Under the pieces are notes generated by a model, which saw only the letters and a program-made list of their open reading frames with translations, did no database searches and was not told the origin of the DNA. Below are positions 1 to 10,118 of a DNA stretch of 64,000 nt, one piece after another. Position 1 is the stretch's first letter, and each line of letters begins with the position of its first letter. Source of the DNA: Candidatus Bathyarchaeia archaeon (lineage in GTDB: Archaea > Thermoproteota > Bathyarchaeia > Bathyarchaeales > Bathycorpusculaceae); NCBI GenBank assembly GCA_049516875.1, contig JBEKSS010000010.1:54371-118370 (forward strand), read 5' to 3'. The translations under genes were made by a program, and so were the position numbers.

Positions 1-2
1 GT

Positions 3-224
3 ATCCTGTTTGCTGCCACTGTGTTCGTGGTGCAGTTTGCGGCCGGCAAGGTTAAGAGAAGGATTTTCAGTTTTCCTTCTCCTCAACCGCTGAACGGAAT
101 GAGTGAACAGTTCTATCGTATGAAAATGTTCGTAGGAATTCAACATCATCATCCAACACTTCACCTACCTGAAGTGGAGCAGAAGAAGACAGATGAAAAA
201 GATGTTGAACAGACCGAAGCTTAA
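3..224 (+). CDS. 3' end of a hypothetical protein entering from the left edge
   Basis: Frame open from position 3 (ILFAATVFVVQF...) to TAA at 222-224; hydrophobic stretch then charged tail; no family recognised. Confidence 0.35.
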   Translation: MLFAATVFVVQFAAGKVKRRIFSFPSPQPLNGMSEQFYRMKMFVGIQHHHPTLHLPEVEQKKTDEKDVEQTEA

Positions 225-343
225 CTCATACTTCTATGCCAAGTGCTGGAACAGCCTTGGAAATCCTTAGACACACTTGATAGACTGCAAATCGGCTTTC
301 ATCGGCAAACACTTTTAAATATTGCTTAAAATATCAGTGAGCC

Positions 344-619
344 ATGCCAGACAAGGTTCACTGTGCCCACATCCTCGTGAAATCGGAACAGGAAGCCAAA
401 GCCATCTTGCAACGGTTGAACAAGGGTGAAAAATTCGCAAACATAGCCAAAGAAGTGTCACTCTGTCCATCTGGAAAGCGCGGTGGAGACCTCGGCACGT
501 TCACAAGAGGAAAAATGGTCAAAGAATTCGAGACATGCGCCTTCGCGCTTCAGAAAGGACAAGTTTCGCCCATCGTGAAAACAAAATTCGGATATCACAT
601 AATAAAAAGACTAGACTGA
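344..619 (+). CDS. Parvulin-type peptidyl-prolyl cis-trans isomerase
   Basis: HILVK, GGDLG, MVKEFE, KTKFGYHII motifs; TATA-like ttttaaat at 313-320. Confidence 0.95.
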   Translation: MPDKVHCAHILVKSEQEAKAILQRLNKGEKFANIAKEVSLCPSGKRGGDLGTFTRGKMVKEFETCAFALQKGQVSPIVKTKFGYHIIKRLD

Positions 620-676
620 ATAGCATCAACATCCCGATTGGCAATATGACTCCCAAAAGGGTGAGAAATCGCAGTT

Positions 677-1258
677 TCAACGGGACTTCGCGACGTTTGT
701 GAAATTCCGAAGGATTTCTTCCCCATGCTCAGTGTTGTTCACTTCAGGGTGAAATTGAACCCCATAATACGGCTTTTCCATATGCTTCACAGCTTGGACA
801 CTGCAATTCTCTGATACAGCAAGCACCGCGAACCCGTTTGCAACCTTCACCTCGTCGTTATGCGACTCCCAAACAAGAAACTCTTTAGGCAACCCCTTGA
901 ATAGGTCATCCTCTTCAATGACCGTTATCCTTGCCAGCCCGTATTCTGGAACCTCAGAAGGCCCAGCCTTTCCACCGCAATACACAGCCATCAGCTGAAG
1001 CCCTACACATATGCCCAGAATCGGTCCCTTGAAATCCTGCAAGTAATCAATACACTTGCCCAGTTTCGGAGACTCCCAAGCGATTCTAGGTGCTCCCCCA
1101 CTCAAAATCAACGCCTCAGCCTCTATTTCATCTACAGGCGTAGTGTTAGCTATGATCTTCGAATCGCAACCGAGTTCCTTCAAGACCCTCCAAATCCTGT
1201 GAGTCCATTGGCCACCGTTGTCAACAACGTGAACTCTGACAGGCCTACTCATACTCAA
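677..1258 (-). CDS. guaAA: GMP synthase subunit A (class I glutamine amidotransferase)
   Basis: DNGGQW, GICVGLQ catalytic Cys, QFHPEV; overlaps end of subunit B. Confidence 0.93.
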   Translation of the reverse strand: MSMSRPVRVHVVDNGGQWTHRIWRVLKELGCDSKIIANTTPVDEIEAEALILSGGAPRIAWESPKLGKCIDYLQDFKGPILGICVGLQLMAVYCGGKAGPSEVPEYGLARITVIEEDDLFKGLPKEFLVWESHNDEVKVANGFAVLAVSENCSVQAVKHMEKPYYGVQFHPEVNNTEHGEEILRNFTNVAKSR

Positions 1259-2198
1259 TCGTCCCCGGAGGTTTGTTCGTTACATCAAAAACAACTCTAC
1301 TTACATCATCCTTCAGAGTATTCGTAATTCTCACAGATATCCTCTCCAACACCGTATGAGGAATCTTTGAGTACGCAGCGCTCATTCCATCCAGACTCTC
1401 AACCGAGCGAACTGCAACGACGTTCCCGTAGACTCTCACATCACCATGAACCCCGACTGTTTTGCATGGCAGCAACACGGCAAAGTACTGCCATGGTCTG
1501 CTCATCTCCTTGTTAGCTACAGCTTTTTCGATCTCTTCTTCCACGATTGCGCATGCCTCTCTAACGATTCTCACGTTAATTGGAGTAGCTTCCCCAAGTA
1601 TCCTCACAGCCAAGCCGGGGCCCGGAAAAGGCTGACGCTCATAAAGCTCTGAAGGTAGACCCAACTCTTTCCCAACAATTCTCACTTCATCTTTGTACAA
1701 ATCTCTTAACGGTTCGACAATTTCAAATTCGATTTTTTCAGGCAGGCCTCCGACATTATGATGAGATTTAATTCTGTCCCTCAAACCGCCCCCGCTTTCT
1801 ATCCAATCTGGAGCGATTGTTCCTTGAACAAAAAACTTCGCACTCTCCGTTCTGGCAACTTCCTCAAAAACTCTAATGAACAATTCACCAATGATTTTCC
1901 TTTTCTGCTCTGGGTCAACTGCGCCCTGGAGCTTCTCATAGAATCGTTCCTTGGCATCCACAACGATGACGTTCAAACCGAGTTTTTTCAACATTTTTTC
2001 ATTGTTCCCTATCTCGTTCTTTCTCATGTAACCAGTATCCACCAGAACACAGCGCAAGTTCTCCCCAACGGCTTTGTTCACCAAAATCGCTGCTGCAGTT
2101 GAATCAACACCGCCAGAAACGCCTATGACAGCAACACCCTTTATCCTCTCAGCCAATTCCTTAACCGCCTCATCTATGAACTTTGCAGCATTGAACAT
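1245..2198 (-). CDS. guaAB: GMP synthase subunit B (ATP pyrophosphatase)
   Basis: SGGVDS PP-loop, IKSHHNVGGLP, RQPFPGPGLAVR, KPPGTIEYE; start re-set to ATG at 2198 (MFNAAKF). Confidence 0.95.
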   Translation of the reverse strand: MFNAAKFIDEAVKELAERIKGVAVIGVSGGVDSTAAAILVNKAVGENLRCVLVDTGYMRKNEIGNNEKMLKKLGLNVIVVDAKERFYEKLQGAVDPEQKRKIIGELFIRVFEEVARTESAKFFVQGTIAPDWIESGGGLRDRIKSHHNVGGLPEKIEFEIVEPLRDLYKDEVRIVGKELGLPSELYERQPFPGPGLAVRILGEATPINVRIVREACAIVEEEIEKAVANKEMSRPWQYFAVLLPCKTVGVHGDVRVYGNVVAVRSVESLDGMSAAYSKIPHTVLERISVRITNTLKDDVSRVVFDVTNKPPGTIEYE

Positions 2199-2377
2199 GC
2201 AGGTACCACACGGTAGGATTGAACAGGGCACGTATAAAAGTCTTGTAAACACTTTCAGGAATACACTCAGCCACGACACTAACATCATTATCGAGAAGAA
2301 AACTGGAAAAACTATAAAACACAGGTCACAGACTTACCTAGTCTCCATCAATAATCAAATCAAAACAGGCGAGTCTA

Positions 2378-4078
2378 GTGGAGAAATTGATTCATGACAT
2401 AATAATCGTCGGCGCCGGCTTAGCCGGCCTTAGGAGTGCGGTCGCCGCTGCCGAAGTTGACAGCAAACTGGACATAGCCGTCATCTCAAAGCACCATCCT
2501 TTACGATCGCACTCTGTTTGTGCACAGGGCGGAACAGGAGCCGTTATGAACGAAAAAGACTCTTTTGACCTCCATGCCTATGATACCGTGAAGGGCGCGG
2601 ATTTCCTCGCAGACCAAGACGTTGTGGAATTCTTCGCCAGAGGGGCACCGAAAGAAATAGTCCTCACAGAACACTGGGGATGTCCGTGGAGCAGAACGGC
2701 TGACGGAAAAATAGATCAAAGAGCATTCGGCGGGCACACTTTTCCAAGAGCATGCTTTGCAGCAGACATGACAGGCTTTCATGAAATGCACGCCGTCTAC
2801 GGAAAAGCGACATCTTATCATAACATAAAATTCTACGACGAATGGTTCGTCACCTCCCTTGTCGTAGAAAACGCAACAGCCATAGGCCTTACGGCTTTGG
2901 AAATGAGGACGGGCCGAATGTACGCGCTCCAAGCTAAATCAATTGTGATGGCAACTGGAGGACACGAACGCATCTACGAGTTCACCACGTTTTCGCACAC
3001 AACAACAGGCGACGGCATGGCAATGGCCTACCGCGCAGGTGCACCGCTGGAGGACATGGAGTTCGTCCAGTTCCACCCAACAGGCATGGTCCCCTCAGGC
3101 GTACTGATAACGGAAGGGGCAAGAGGAGAAGGAGGCTACCTAATCAACGCCAACGGCGAACGCTTCATGAAAAAATACGCACCTGAAAAAATGGAACTAG
3201 CTCCACGAGACGTGGTTTCACGTGCAGAACAAACAGAAATACTGAAAGGAAGGGGCTTGCAGGGACCCTACGGACCTTACATAGCTATAGACCTAAGACA
3301 CCTAGGAGAAGAGAAAATAAACCTAAGGCTACCGCTCATCAGAGACGTCGCGATAAAACTCGGCGGAGTAGACCCCGTCAAAGAACCGATACCGATCAGG
3401 CCAGCGGCTCACTACTCGATGGGAGGAATCAAGGCCAACATAAAAACCGAGACACCGATTTCAGGCTTATACGCCTCAGGAGAATGCTCATGCCTAAGCC
3501 TACACGGAGCAAACAGACTGGGCACAAACTCCACAGCAGAATGTCTAGTTTTCGGCGCAGTCTCAGGCGAACAAGCTGCCAAGCACGCGTTATCAACAGG
3601 CTTGCATGAACCCCCACAGGGAAAATTGGCTGCAGAAGAAAAGCGGGTCTTCGACCAGACATTGGGAAGCGAAGGCACCGAAAGGGTCCCGGACATCAGA
3701 GATGAAATGAGACGCATAATGAACGAGAAGGCATGGATATACAGAAGAGGAGACCAGCTTGAAAGCGGCCTGAAGGAAATCAGACAGCTTAAGCAAAGGT
3801 TCAAAAAGATAAGAGTCCAAGACAAAGGACGACCATTCAACACTGGAATGTTAAACGCACTGCAACTTAATTTCATGCTGGATCTTGCCGAAGTCACCAT
3901 GGTCGGTGCTCTGCCGCGTAATGAATCACGCGGAGCACATTCAAGAACCGACTATCCAAAACGCGATGACCAGAACTGGCTGAAACACACACTCGCCTAC
4001 TACACGAAAGACGGACCGAGACTCGAGTACATTCCAGTCACGATAACCAGATGGCCTCCTGTGGCCAGAACCTACTAG
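2378..4078 (+). CDS. sdhA: Succinate dehydrogenase/fumarate reductase flavoprotein (TfrA-like)
   Basis: GAGLAG, RSHSVCAQGG FAD-His, QFHPTG, TEGARGEGG, ELAPRDVVSR, HGANRLG. Confidence 0.93.
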   Translation: MEKLIHDIIIVGAGLAGLRSAVAAAEVDSKLDIAVISKHHPLRSHSVCAQGGTGAVMNEKDSFDLHAYDTVKGADFLADQDVVEFFARGAPKEIVLTEHWGCPWSRTADGKIDQRAFGGHTFPRACFAADMTGFHEMHAVYGKATSYHNIKFYDEWFVTSLVVENATAIGLTALEMRTGRMYALQAKSIVMATGGHERIYEFTTFSHTTTGDGMAMAYRAGAPLEDMEFVQFHPTGMVPSGVLITEGARGEGGYLINANGERFMKKYAPEKMELAPRDVVSRAEQTEILKGRGLQGPYGPYIAIDLRHLGEEKINLRLPLIRDVAIKLGGVDPVKEPIPIRPAAHYSMGGIKANIKTETPISGLYASGECSCLSLHGANRLGTNSTAECLVFGAVSGEQAAKHALSTGLHEPPQGKLAAEEKRVFDQTLGSEGTERVPDIRDEMRRIMNEKAWIYRRGDQLESGLKEIRQLKQRFKKIRVQDKGRPFNTGMLNALQLNFMLDLAEVTMVGALPRNESRGAHSRTDYPKRDDQNWLKHTLAYYTKDGPRLEYIPVTITRWPPVARTY

Positions 4079-4092
4079 AAAGATGAAGTAAC

Positions 4093-5658
4093 ATGAGCAC
4101 CAAAGTAGAGAAAACGGTTGAATTCAACATAAGCCGATTTGAACCAGAACAGAAAAGACACTACGTATCAACATTCAAAGTCCCCATTCACCAAGGAACA
4201 ACTCTCCTTGACGCCCTGCTTTATATCAAAGATCACTTTGACGATTCACTCACGTTTAGACAGTCATGCAGGATGGGCATCTGCGGAGACTGTGCAATCA
4301 ACGTTAACGGCAAGCCGATGCTAGCCTGCTACACGCAGGTGCTCGACCTCGGCGCAGACTCTCTGACCGTTGAACCGCTCTCAAATTCTCCTGTGATAAA
4401 AGACCTTGTTGTCGACATGCAACCGTTCTTCGAAACTTACAAGAGGATCAAACCGATCCTGATTAAGCCTGAAGAAGAATTCAAGAAACCTGATGAATTC
4501 TCTCAAAGTCCCGAGGATCTTAAAAAATACTGGGACCTGACACTATGTATCAAATGCTCCATTTGCAACTCAGCCTGTCCAGCAGTCATAGACGAGAAAT
4601 TCCTCGGACCCTCAGCGTTAACGGCTACTTACAGATTCCTCACAGATTCAAGGGATCAAGGCTTGGATCAACGGTTGAAACCAATGGCCGACAACATCTG
4701 GCTCTGCACCCAATGCAACTCGTGCACGATGTTCTGCCCCAAAAAACTAACCTGCGCAAACGCCATAGTTGACGATCACAGCCTCCTAGTCGAAGCCGGA
4801 GACATTCCAAGAACCGTCAAAGACGTGCTTGAAAGCGTATACAAATACCACAACCCCATGGGAACAACGCAGGCCAAAAGGATGGAATGGGCAAAAGATC
4901 TGAACGTTAAAACCTTTCCAACAACCACAAAAGCCGATGTCCTGTTTTTCACCTGCTGCTCAAATGTTTACGACCTGAGAAACCAAGAAGCAGCAAGAAC
5001 CATGGCCTCAATATTCAATCACATGCAGGTCTCCTTTGCGACACTGGGCACTGAAGAATGGTGCTGCGGAGACCACATGCTAAGACTCGGCGAAAAAGGA
5101 TTGTTCGAAGAACTCGCCGAACACAACATCTCAATGTTCAAGAAATTCAACCCAAAGAAAATCGTAACGTTATCACCACACTGTTACAACACGTTCAAGA
5201 ATGACAAGCCTTACAGCGACGCTGGCCTGAACGTCCAACACTACACCCAATTCCTCGCCGAGGCCCTTGAAAAAGGAAGCATCAAACTCTCGAAGCCCAT
5301 AAGGAAAAGAATCGTCTACCATGACCCCTGCTTCCTAGGCAAACGCAACGATGTATTTGACGCACCACGACAGATCTTGCAGTCAATAAAAGGCGTAGAA
5401 CTTATCGAAATGAGAAGGACAAAACAGAGCAGCTTCTGCTGCGGCGGAGGCGCTGGAAGGGTGTGGACAGAAGACGCGTTGCCTGAAAAGAGACCCAGCA
5501 CAAACCGACTTCAAGAGGCACTCAGCCTCAACGCTGACACTGTAGCTGTGGCCTGCCCATACTGCGTCACCACCTTAGAAGATGCGGTAAAAGTGCTAGA
5601 CGTAGAAAACAAGATTTCGGTAAAGGACATTCTGGAGCTCATTAAAGAAGCACTGTAA
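4093..5658 (+). CDS. SdhB/FrdB Fe-S domain fused to two CCG domains (TfrB/HdrD-like)
   Basis: SCRMGICGDC..C 2Fe-2S motif, two CxxCxxCxxxCP, then WCCG..SPHC and YHDPC..CCGGG..ACPYC; no adjacent membrane-anchor gene. Confidence 0.88.
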   Translation: MSTKVEKTVEFNISRFEPEQKRHYVSTFKVPIHQGTTLLDALLYIKDHFDDSLTFRQSCRMGICGDCAINVNGKPMLACYTQVLDLGADSLTVEPLSNSPVIKDLVVDMQPFFETYKRIKPILIKPEEEFKKPDEFSQSPEDLKKYWDLTLCIKCSICNSACPAVIDEKFLGPSALTATYRFLTDSRDQGLDQRLKPMADNIWLCTQCNSCTMFCPKKLTCANAIVDDHSLLVEAGDIPRTVKDVLESVYKYHNPMGTTQAKRMEWAKDLNVKTFPTTTKADVLFFTCCSNVYDLRNQEAARTMASIFNHMQVSFATLGTEEWCCGDHMLRLGEKGLFEELAEHNISMFKKFNPKKIVTLSPHCYNTFKNDKPYSDAGLNVQHYTQFLAEALEKGSIKLSKPIRKRIVYHDPCFLGKRNDVFDAPRQILQSIKGVELIEMRRTKQSSFCCGGGAGRVWTEDALPEKRPSTNRLQEALSLNADTVAVACPYCVTTLEDAVKVLDVENKISVKDILELIKEAL

Positions 5659-5813
5659 TCCCCAAGAATACCTGTATCCTATTCCTTTTTTCGGCGAAGA
5701 ATCCATCAGCAGAACGTTGATTTATCTTCGTTCAGAAATCAGATTTTTAAACGATAAATTAATATTAAACATGCAGGTTCGTTAAGAACAAGAATGGTGT
5801 AGAGGGAACAGTA

Positions 5814-7661
5814 TTGTTTGGTTATGCAGGGCGTGTACTTTATGTTGATTTAACATCAGGAAAAACTCACACCGAACCCCTGAACGAAGAGTATGCCAAG
5901 AAATACATAGGTGGAATAGGCTTGGGCATGCGACTGTGGCTAGACAATTCTAAACCCAAGATAGACCCGTTCGACCCGGAAAACCCGCTGGTCATTGCAA
6001 ATGGCCCGATATCGGGCACGATGTGGCCTACAGGCGGAAATGGACACGCTTTTGTTTCCAAGTCCCCGCAGTCCTTTGGAATAGGTGAAGCCAAAGCTCA
6101 CGGCACTTTTGGAACGGAATTGAAAAGAGCAGGATATGACGCTGTAGTGTTCAAGGGCAAAGCCGAAAAACCAGTTTACGTCTGGATTGATGATGATTCA
6201 GTTCAGCTTTTGGATGCTTCAGGCTTGATGGGAAAATCGCCCGGGGAGACTGAAGATGCCATAAGAGAAGAGCTGGGCGACTACTACATCCGCGTTGCCT
6301 CCATAGGTGTGGCTGGCGAAAAGCTTTCTCGAATGGCATGTATAATCAACGACAAGACCCGCGCGGCTGGAAGAACCGGCTTAGGCGCGGTTATGGGTTC
6401 AAAGAATCTCAAGGCGGTTGCTGTGCGTGGAACACACGATGTCACGGTTGCAAAACTCGATGAATTCATGGAGTACGTGAAGGAATTTCATGAAAGAATG
6501 AAAGGCCCTGCCACGCAGAAATACAGAACGCTCGGCACGTCTGAAAACGTCCTTGTGCACAATTCACTGTCTTGTATGCCTACAAGAAACTATAATAACT
6601 CAAGATTTGAAGGTGCGGAGAAGGTCAGCGGTGAATGTCTAAACGAGAAATACGTCGCAAAAATCATCGGATGCAGTTCTTGCGCGATGCGGTGTGAACA
6701 CATGTGTGTAGTCCCAGAGGGACCATACAAGAACACGATGACACGGATGGAGTATGAAACGTTGTGGGCGCTTGGTCCCTACTGTGGGGTAGATAGACTT
6801 GACGCCATCATAAAAGGAATGGAACTTACGAACTACTACGGCATGGATGCAATCAGCGCAGGCGTAACTGTCGGTTTTGCAATGGACTGCTACGAAAGAG
6901 GCATATTGACTCAGAAGGAACTCGACGGGATAGACGCGAAATTCGGCAACGCCGAAGCAATGGTTCAACTGGTTGAGAAAATCGGTAAACGTGAAGGCAT
7001 CGGCGATGTGCTGGCGGATGGAGCCAAGTTTGCAGCTGACCGCATAGGCAAGGATTCCTACAAGTTGGCGGCAACCATAAAAGGGGTTGAAATCACAGGT
7101 TATGACTTGAGATGCCTCAAGACAGCCGCGTTAGGTTTTGCTGTTTCATTCCGGGGAGCTGACCACAACAGGCATGGAGCCTACGCTTTTGACGTAAAAG
7201 GAAAAGTCAACAGGCTTATAGCTGAAAAAGGCAGAGGCAAGCTTGTCAAAGACATGGAAGATGTCTACAACCTCATCGACTCATTCATCGTCTGCAAGTT
7301 TTCAAGAGGCACATACTACAAAGAACTGCCGGATATGGCAAAGCTTTACACTTTGGTAACCGGATTCGAAATGACACCTGAAGAACTGAAGAAAACAGGC
7401 GAAAGAATACAAAACATTGCCAAACTAATCAACATCAGAGAAGGATTAGGAAGGAAAGACGACACGTTGCCATACAAGGTCATGCACGAACCAATTCCAG
7501 ACGAAGGCCCATCCAAAGGAGCCATGGTTACACAGCAAGAACTGGACCTGCTTCTAGACGATTATTATGAGTCCCGAGGATGGACAAAAGAAGGAGTACC
7601 AACCGTGGAAAAGCTCAAGGAGTTAGGAATTGACGACCTGATTCACGTCATCCACAAATAA
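5814..7661 (+). CDS. aor: Tungsten-dependent aldehyde:ferredoxin oxidoreductase family protein
   Basis: AAGRTGLGAVMGSKNLKAV, CxxCxxxC, EYET, GMDAIS, YYESRGW. Confidence 0.93.
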   Translation: MFGYAGRVLYVDLTSGKTHTEPLNEEYAKKYIGGIGLGMRLWLDNSKPKIDPFDPENPLVIANGPISGTMWPTGGNGHAFVSKSPQSFGIGEAKAHGTFGTELKRAGYDAVVFKGKAEKPVYVWIDDDSVQLLDASGLMGKSPGETEDAIREELGDYYIRVASIGVAGEKLSRMACIINDKTRAAGRTGLGAVMGSKNLKAVAVRGTHDVTVAKLDEFMEYVKEFHERMKGPATQKYRTLGTSENVLVHNSLSCMPTRNYNNSRFEGAEKVSGECLNEKYVAKIIGCSSCAMRCEHMCVVPEGPYKNTMTRMEYETLWALGPYCGVDRLDAIIKGMELTNYYGMDAISAGVTVGFAMDCYERGILTQKELDGIDAKFGNAEAMVQLVEKIGKREGIGDVLADGAKFAADRIGKDSYKLAATIKGVEITGYDLRCLKTAALGFAVSFRGADHNRHGAYAFDVKGKVNRLIAEKGRGKLVKDMEDVYNLIDSFIVCKFSRGTYYKELPDMAKLYTLVTGFEMTPEELKKTGERIQNIAKLINIREGLGRKDDTLPYKVMHEPIPDEGPSKGAMVTQQELDLLLDDYYESRGWTKEGVPTVEKLKELGIDDLIHVIHK

Positions 7662-8185
7662 TGGAGGAAAAGAAAATGGTGAAGATTCATGAGAAAAAAT
7701 TCGTTTCAGCAGACCCAGACAAGTGCGTAGGATGCCAAGTCTGCGAATACATCTGCTCATTAACTAAAGACAAGGCGTTCAACCCGCTGAAATCGAGAAT
7801 ACGAGTCGTCAGAATAAACCAGCTGATAAACATGGCTGTTACATGCAGACTGTGCGAAGACCCGCCCTGCGTTGCTGCCTGCCCAAGAGAAGCATTGACC
7901 CAGTCTGAAGAAACAGGGGTGATAAGCGTAGACAAAGACAAGTGCAACGGATGCGGATGGTGCATCGAAGCATGCGACTATGGAGCAATCATGCTGCACC
8001 CGGAAAACAAGGTCGTCTACGTCTGTGACCTGTGCAAAGAAAAAGGAGAACCGCAATGCGTCAAATGGTGCCCAGAGGAAGCCCTAGAAGTAACCACAAG
8101 CGACGTCCTAGCCCAAAAAGCAAGAATAACAGCCGTGAAAAAACTGTTCCAAGAAGCCGTGAAAGAAACCCAGAAAACCTCCTAG
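7661..8185 (+). CDS. 4x[4Fe-4S] electron-transfer protein (DmsB/CooF-like), AOR partner
   Basis: Four Cys cluster motifs; TAATG coupling to aor. Confidence 0.9.
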   Translation: MEEKKMVKIHEKKFVSADPDKCVGCQVCEYICSLTKDKAFNPLKSRIRVVRINQLINMAVTCRLCEDPPCVAACPREALTQSEETGVISVDKDKCNGCGWCIEACDYGAIMLHPENKVVYVCDLCKEKGEPQCVKWCPEEALEVTTSDVLAQKARITAVKKLFQEAVKETQKTS

Positions 8186-8327
8186 GCCTTTTTTCCCAGG
8201 ATAGCTCTGGGTCAATTTTCATAGCACGTGCGATTCATTAAGGACGCGTGCTCTAGAGGTTCTAATGTTAGGTAATATTGGTAGTACCGAAAAAAGATGG
8301 GACAGCTGATGTGCCAGTCTGTAGTGT

Positions 8328-9458
8328 TCACTCGAGGACGAAGATGTTCCTCGTGCGGCCCATTTCCTTCAGTATTTTCGGCCACACGGTGACGCTGACC
8401 TCGCCGAGGTGTGCTTTCTTAAGTATTGCCATTTGGGTGCGGGACTGCCCTATGCCGCCTCCGATGCTTAGCGGAATCTCGTTTTTCATTATGGCCTGGT
8501 GGTACGGGTACTTGAGAAAGTCGAGCTGGCCAGACATCTCTAGTTGCTTCTTAAGAGTGTCTGCGTTGACTCGTATGCCCATCGATGACAGTTCGTGGCG
8601 GCGCTTCGTGACAGGGTTCCAGACGAGGATGTCGCCGTTGAGACCGTGCATCGGTTTTCCGTCCTTTGACTTCGTCTCCGTTACCCAGTCATCATAGTCT
8701 GCCGCCCTCATTTCATGTGGATAACCGTCTTTGAGGGGCCAGCCGATTCCATAAATGAATATTCCGGGGTACTCCTGCAGAATTCTCGTCTCGCGCTGCT
8801 TGCGGGGTAAGTTGGGGTATTTGTCAAGGATCTCCTCGGCGTGAAGGAATGTAAGCTTGTCTGGGAGGTCGGGATACTTGTCTGTCTTCAATTGAGGACA
8901 GAGTTTCTGTACGTGTTTCTCGGCGCCCTTGATGACCTTCCAGATTCTCTCCACGGTTTCGGTGAGGTACTTGAGGTTACGCTCCTTCTCGGTTATCGCC
9001 TTTTCCCAGTCCCACTGGTCAACGTAGGCACTGTGGTCATGGTCGAGGAAATAGTCCTTGCGCACGGCACGCATGTCAGTGCACAGACCCTCGCCCGGCT
9101 TCATCCCGAATTCTTTCAGGGCCATCCGCTTCCACTTGGTCGCAGCCTGGACGATTTGAGCGTCGACCGGATGCTTGTCATAATCGTTTGAAATGTGGAA
9201 CTGAATGGGTGTACGCGAGCCATCACGATCCAAAAGGTCGTTGACGCCGCTCTCGACGTCCACGATGAGGGGAACCTGGACCATTATCAGATTGAGCTCT
9301 TTGCACAGGTTTTCCTCGATGTAGGTCTTCACTGCAGAGATCGCTTTCTGTGTGTCTTTCGGATTCAAAATAGAGTAGTAGTCTTTTGGCAGAATCTTCT
9401 CCAGCTCCTCGTAGCTGCCGATACCGGGGCCTGCGAGGTCGGCTTTCTTGTCCGACAT
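8328..9458 (-). CDS. asnA: Aspartate-ammonia ligase (bacterial-type AsnA)
   Basis: KWKR, DQWDWEK, RAADYDDW, GLNGDIL, ELSSMGIRV, IGGGIGQSR; start ATG 9458 or 9470. Confidence 0.92.
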   Translation of the reverse strand: MSDKKADLAGPGIGSYEELEKILPKDYYSILNPKDTQKAISAVKTYIEENLCKELNLIMVQVPLIVDVESGVNDLLDRDGSRTPIQFHISNDYDKHPVDAQIVQAATKWKRMALKEFGMKPGEGLCTDMRAVRKDYFLDHDHSAYVDQWDWEKAITEKERNLKYLTETVERIWKVIKGAEKHVQKLCPQLKTDKYPDLPDKLTFLHAEEILDKYPNLPRKQRETRILQEYPGIFIYGIGWPLKDGYPHEMRAADYDDWVTETKSKDGKPMHGLNGDILVWNPVTKRRHELSSMGIRVNADTLKKQLEMSGQLDFLKYPYHQAIMKNEIPLSIGGGIGQSRTQMAILKKAHLGEVSVTVWPKILKEMGRTRNIFVLE

Positions 9459-9581
9459 ATAATCACACATCGAATCCGATACTGAGCCCCATAATATAAG
9501 TTTTCAGTTGGGATCGCATGTGAATCCAACATTGCCATGGTAGTTGTGATCGGAATCAGAGGTCAACGCGCACTACTGTGA

Positions 9582-10079
9582 CTATCGCGGAAGCAGTTCA
9601 AGCAATGTCTGGACGATTTCCTTCTCAGACGCTTGAACACTGGGGGTCAGACCCTCTCCAAAATCACTTTTTTCAGGTTCCACCAATAACAGGGCGATTT
9701 TTGCTTGCGTCGTCTCCGTAACATGCTCACAGAATATCCGCAGTGGAAGCATGTGTGTCGAAAAAACAGGAGACATTGTTAATCGTTTAGGTTCAACAAG
9801 CTTGAAACTGCCAGGCTTCAAACCTAGAAGTGCAGCGTCTATCAGAAGGACATGCGTTGGACTGAAATCTATGATTTGTGGCATGAAATCTTCAGGAACC
9901 GTTTCGCATTCCATAAGGCAGACCTTTTCAGAAACCCTTCCCTGCAAATCTTGGACTACTCTGACTCCAACATAGTCGTCCATGCGAATGGGATTTCCAA
10001 CACCAGCAAGAGCGACTCTTTCCGCCTTTGAAAACCATCTCTCAAGCTGTTTTTGTGCACTGGACTTTCTTGCAACCAC
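9582..10079 (-). CDS. hycI: Hydrogenase maturation endopeptidase (HycI-type)
   Basis: GVGNPIRMDDYVG, ETVPE, IDAA, STHMLPL; downstream of mvhA. Confidence 0.9.
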   Translation of the reverse strand: MVARKSSAQKQLERWFSKAERVALAGVGNPIRMDDYVGVRVVQDLQGRVSEKVCLMECETVPEDFMPQIIDFSPTHVLLIDAALLGLKPGSFKLVEPKRLTMSPVFSTHMLPLRIFCEHVTETTQAKIALLLVEPEKSDFGEGLTPSVQASEKEIVQTLLELLPR

Positions 10080-10118
10080 TGGAAATCTCCATTAGAGTAT
10101 TACAGAAAGAAATAGGGC

